Virus record (IMG/VR): IMGVR_UViG_3300042483_000388
Source: a virus
Taxonomy: Duplodnaviria; Caudoviricetes
Length of the DNA stretch: 64,000 nucleotides
Direction: 5' to 3' (one strand)
Shown here: piece after piece, positions 62,743-64,000 of the stretch
How positions within the stretch are numbered: position 1 is the first letter of the stretch
How the letters are laid out: each line of letters begins with the position of its first letter
Notes under the pieces: model-generated
Databases searched by the model: none
Told to the model about the DNA's origin: nothing
The model's input: only the letters and a program-made list of their open reading frames with translations
Translations under genes and position numbers: made by a program

Positions 62743-64000
62743 TTATTCTATTTTTTCATTAACAATTTGAAATTTTATTTGTCTTTTGTAAGTATTGACT
62801 TGTCCGGACGTTGTAACTTGTATGTCAATGTAGTATTCGTTAGGTATTTTATCCCTCGTGTCAAAGATAAAGTAGTATTCATTTGGAGTTCTATTTAACT
62901 CAGTCCAATCCTGTACCGCAACTTCAGTTTGACCTTCACGAACATATATACGGTATTTACCATCAATATTTGGTAATTGTTTGTTTGTGGTATAAGCCTC
63001 TTTAATTATAACACCAACTTTTCTAATATCCGAGTTTATTATTTTTTCATTTTGTTTAATTCCGTAATAGTTAAATCCATATTGTGATGGGTCATTTGTG
63101 TTTGTACCAATTTGAATTGATTTCTTAATTGGGTAAATTGTGAACTCATTAATTTGGTTAGGTAAAGAAAACCCATTCAATTTAATGTCAGACCAAGTAT
63201 CGGTAAACATACAAGGGGTTTTATATCCAATAAGTGCCGGTATTGTAATTTCATACACACCTTTTGTCCTTAAACAAGATTGTAAATTTATTAAACCAAC
63301 GATCGGTATTCCAGAAGAATCACTAATTGTTACTTTTGGAGCGTAATCCAAGTTTTTAAAATCACCATCCTCATATATATACAAATATAATTTGTTAACT
63401 TTTCCCAATGAAAAACTATTCCTGTTGTCAAGAATTAGATCGTCATAGGTAGTTTCAAGGTATGGCTCGTAAAACGTCTGTGTGTGTCTTGTAAAGAAAC
63501 CTACGGAGTATGATCCGGTGGTTCCTGTTAAGTTCTCAACACCTGGAAGATAAGCAATCCCCCATCCAACAGGATTTACAATTCCACCAATTAATAAATT
63601 ATTAATTTCTTGTGTCATATCAAACTCAATATTTTCATTACCAAATTCAAAATGTTGTATATCTACTATTGTTAAAGCTGAAAATGGGAACGTCCCTCCG
63701 TTGGTATTATCGTAAATACCCGGTTGTTCCCAATTATCTAATGTTGTCGTTTGGAACCAATTTGATGGTCTAACAGAATATTCTTTATTATACCCCAATT
63801 GTTCGGGAATATTATAATAATCATACCCAACTCCCTCATCCCAATATTGTGGTTGATTAACGTCATAATTTTTTGGTGGAATTCTAAATAAGATTAAATC
63901 AAATGATGTTGCCCTTAATGATCCATCCGGCATGCTTGTATTTAACAAATCTTTACTAAAATATGACGTGTTTGTCATTTTTAAGATGTGTTTCATATTA
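62743..64000 (-). CDS. Large beta-rich structural protein (5' end probably outside window)
   Basis: Frame open to the window edge; FFTRHTQTFYEPYLETTYDD and Ig-like C-terminal strands. Confidence 0.6.
   Translation of the reverse strand, partial: NMKHILKMTNTSYFSKDLLNTSMPDGSLRATSFDLILFRIPPKNYDVNQPQYWDEGVGYDYYNIPEQLGYNKEYSVRPSNWFQTTTLDNWEQPGIYDNTNGGTFPFSALTIVDIQHFEFGNENIEFDMTQEINNLLIGGIVNPVGWGIAYLPGVENLTGTTGSYSVGFFTRHTQTFYEPYLETTYDDLILDNRNSFSLGKVNKLYLYIYEDGDFKNLDYAPKVTISDSSGIPIVGLINLQSCLRTKGVYEITIPALIGYKTPCMFTDTWSDIKLNGFSLPNQINEFTIYPIKKSIQIGTNTNDPSQYGFNYYGIKQNEKIINSDIRKVGVIIKEAYTTNKQLPNIDGKYRIYVREGQTEVAVQDWTELNRTPNEYYFIFDTRDKIPNEYYIDIQVTTSGQVNTYKRQIKFQIVNEKIE

Noticed and set aside
1-64000. Stop-codon reassignment (as in some large Bacteroidota phages)
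   Set aside because: Terminase, portal, MCP and ClpC are uninterrupted in the standard code; TAA, TAG and TGA all end genes; no suppressor tRNA found.
1-64000. Prophage or host chromosome origin of the window
   Set aside because: No integrase, att site or host housekeeping synteny; gene density, late boxes and T4-like head module extend across the entire window.

Overview
This is a 64-kb AT-rich segment of a large T4-like (gp17/gp20/gp21/gp22/gp23-type) tailed phage genome read in the standard code. The host is almost certainly Bacteroidota, based on TTTG-N19/20-TAnnTTTG promoters, A-rich SD-less starts, a T9SS type-B substrate and a Bacteroidota-like bS21. Layout: (1) 1-2003, end of a sugar-modification cluster (DegT-like aminotransferase, NeuD/PglD acyltransferase, BKACE/kce-like enzyme). 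(2) 2.0-4.2 kb, a largely non-coding region with repeated TGACA and TTAT(C/T)AACA boxes. (3) 4.3-30 kb, a hyperplastic array of genes, about 25 of which share short N-terminal leaders ending in (L/I/V)-x-E. Many are framed by a TATTTAT box and sequence-conserved terminators, and payloads include an annexin-repeat-like protein and a TM + peptidoglycan-binding protein. (4) 31.2-33.9 kb, seven tRNAs, three tRNA-like RNAs with aberrant anticodon arms and several structured spacer RNAs. (5) Holin-like genes, a DenV-like glycosylase and an M15 peptidase. (6) A ~870-nt ORF-free, highly structured RNA (GOLLD-like candidate) behind an rRNA-operon-like leader, then a tmRNA with a 21-aa tag. (7) An M20/M28 peptidase, CAP protein, N-domain-less ClpC, KTSC protein and Pol-beta nucleotidyltransferase. 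(8) The head module with bS21 and an HNH endonuclease. The best candidates for something new are the leader-tagged cargo-cassette system, the tRNA-shell and kissing-loop RNAs, the large RNA with rrn-like leader, and the annexin-like cargo. All structure and homology calls were made by eye without database searches.
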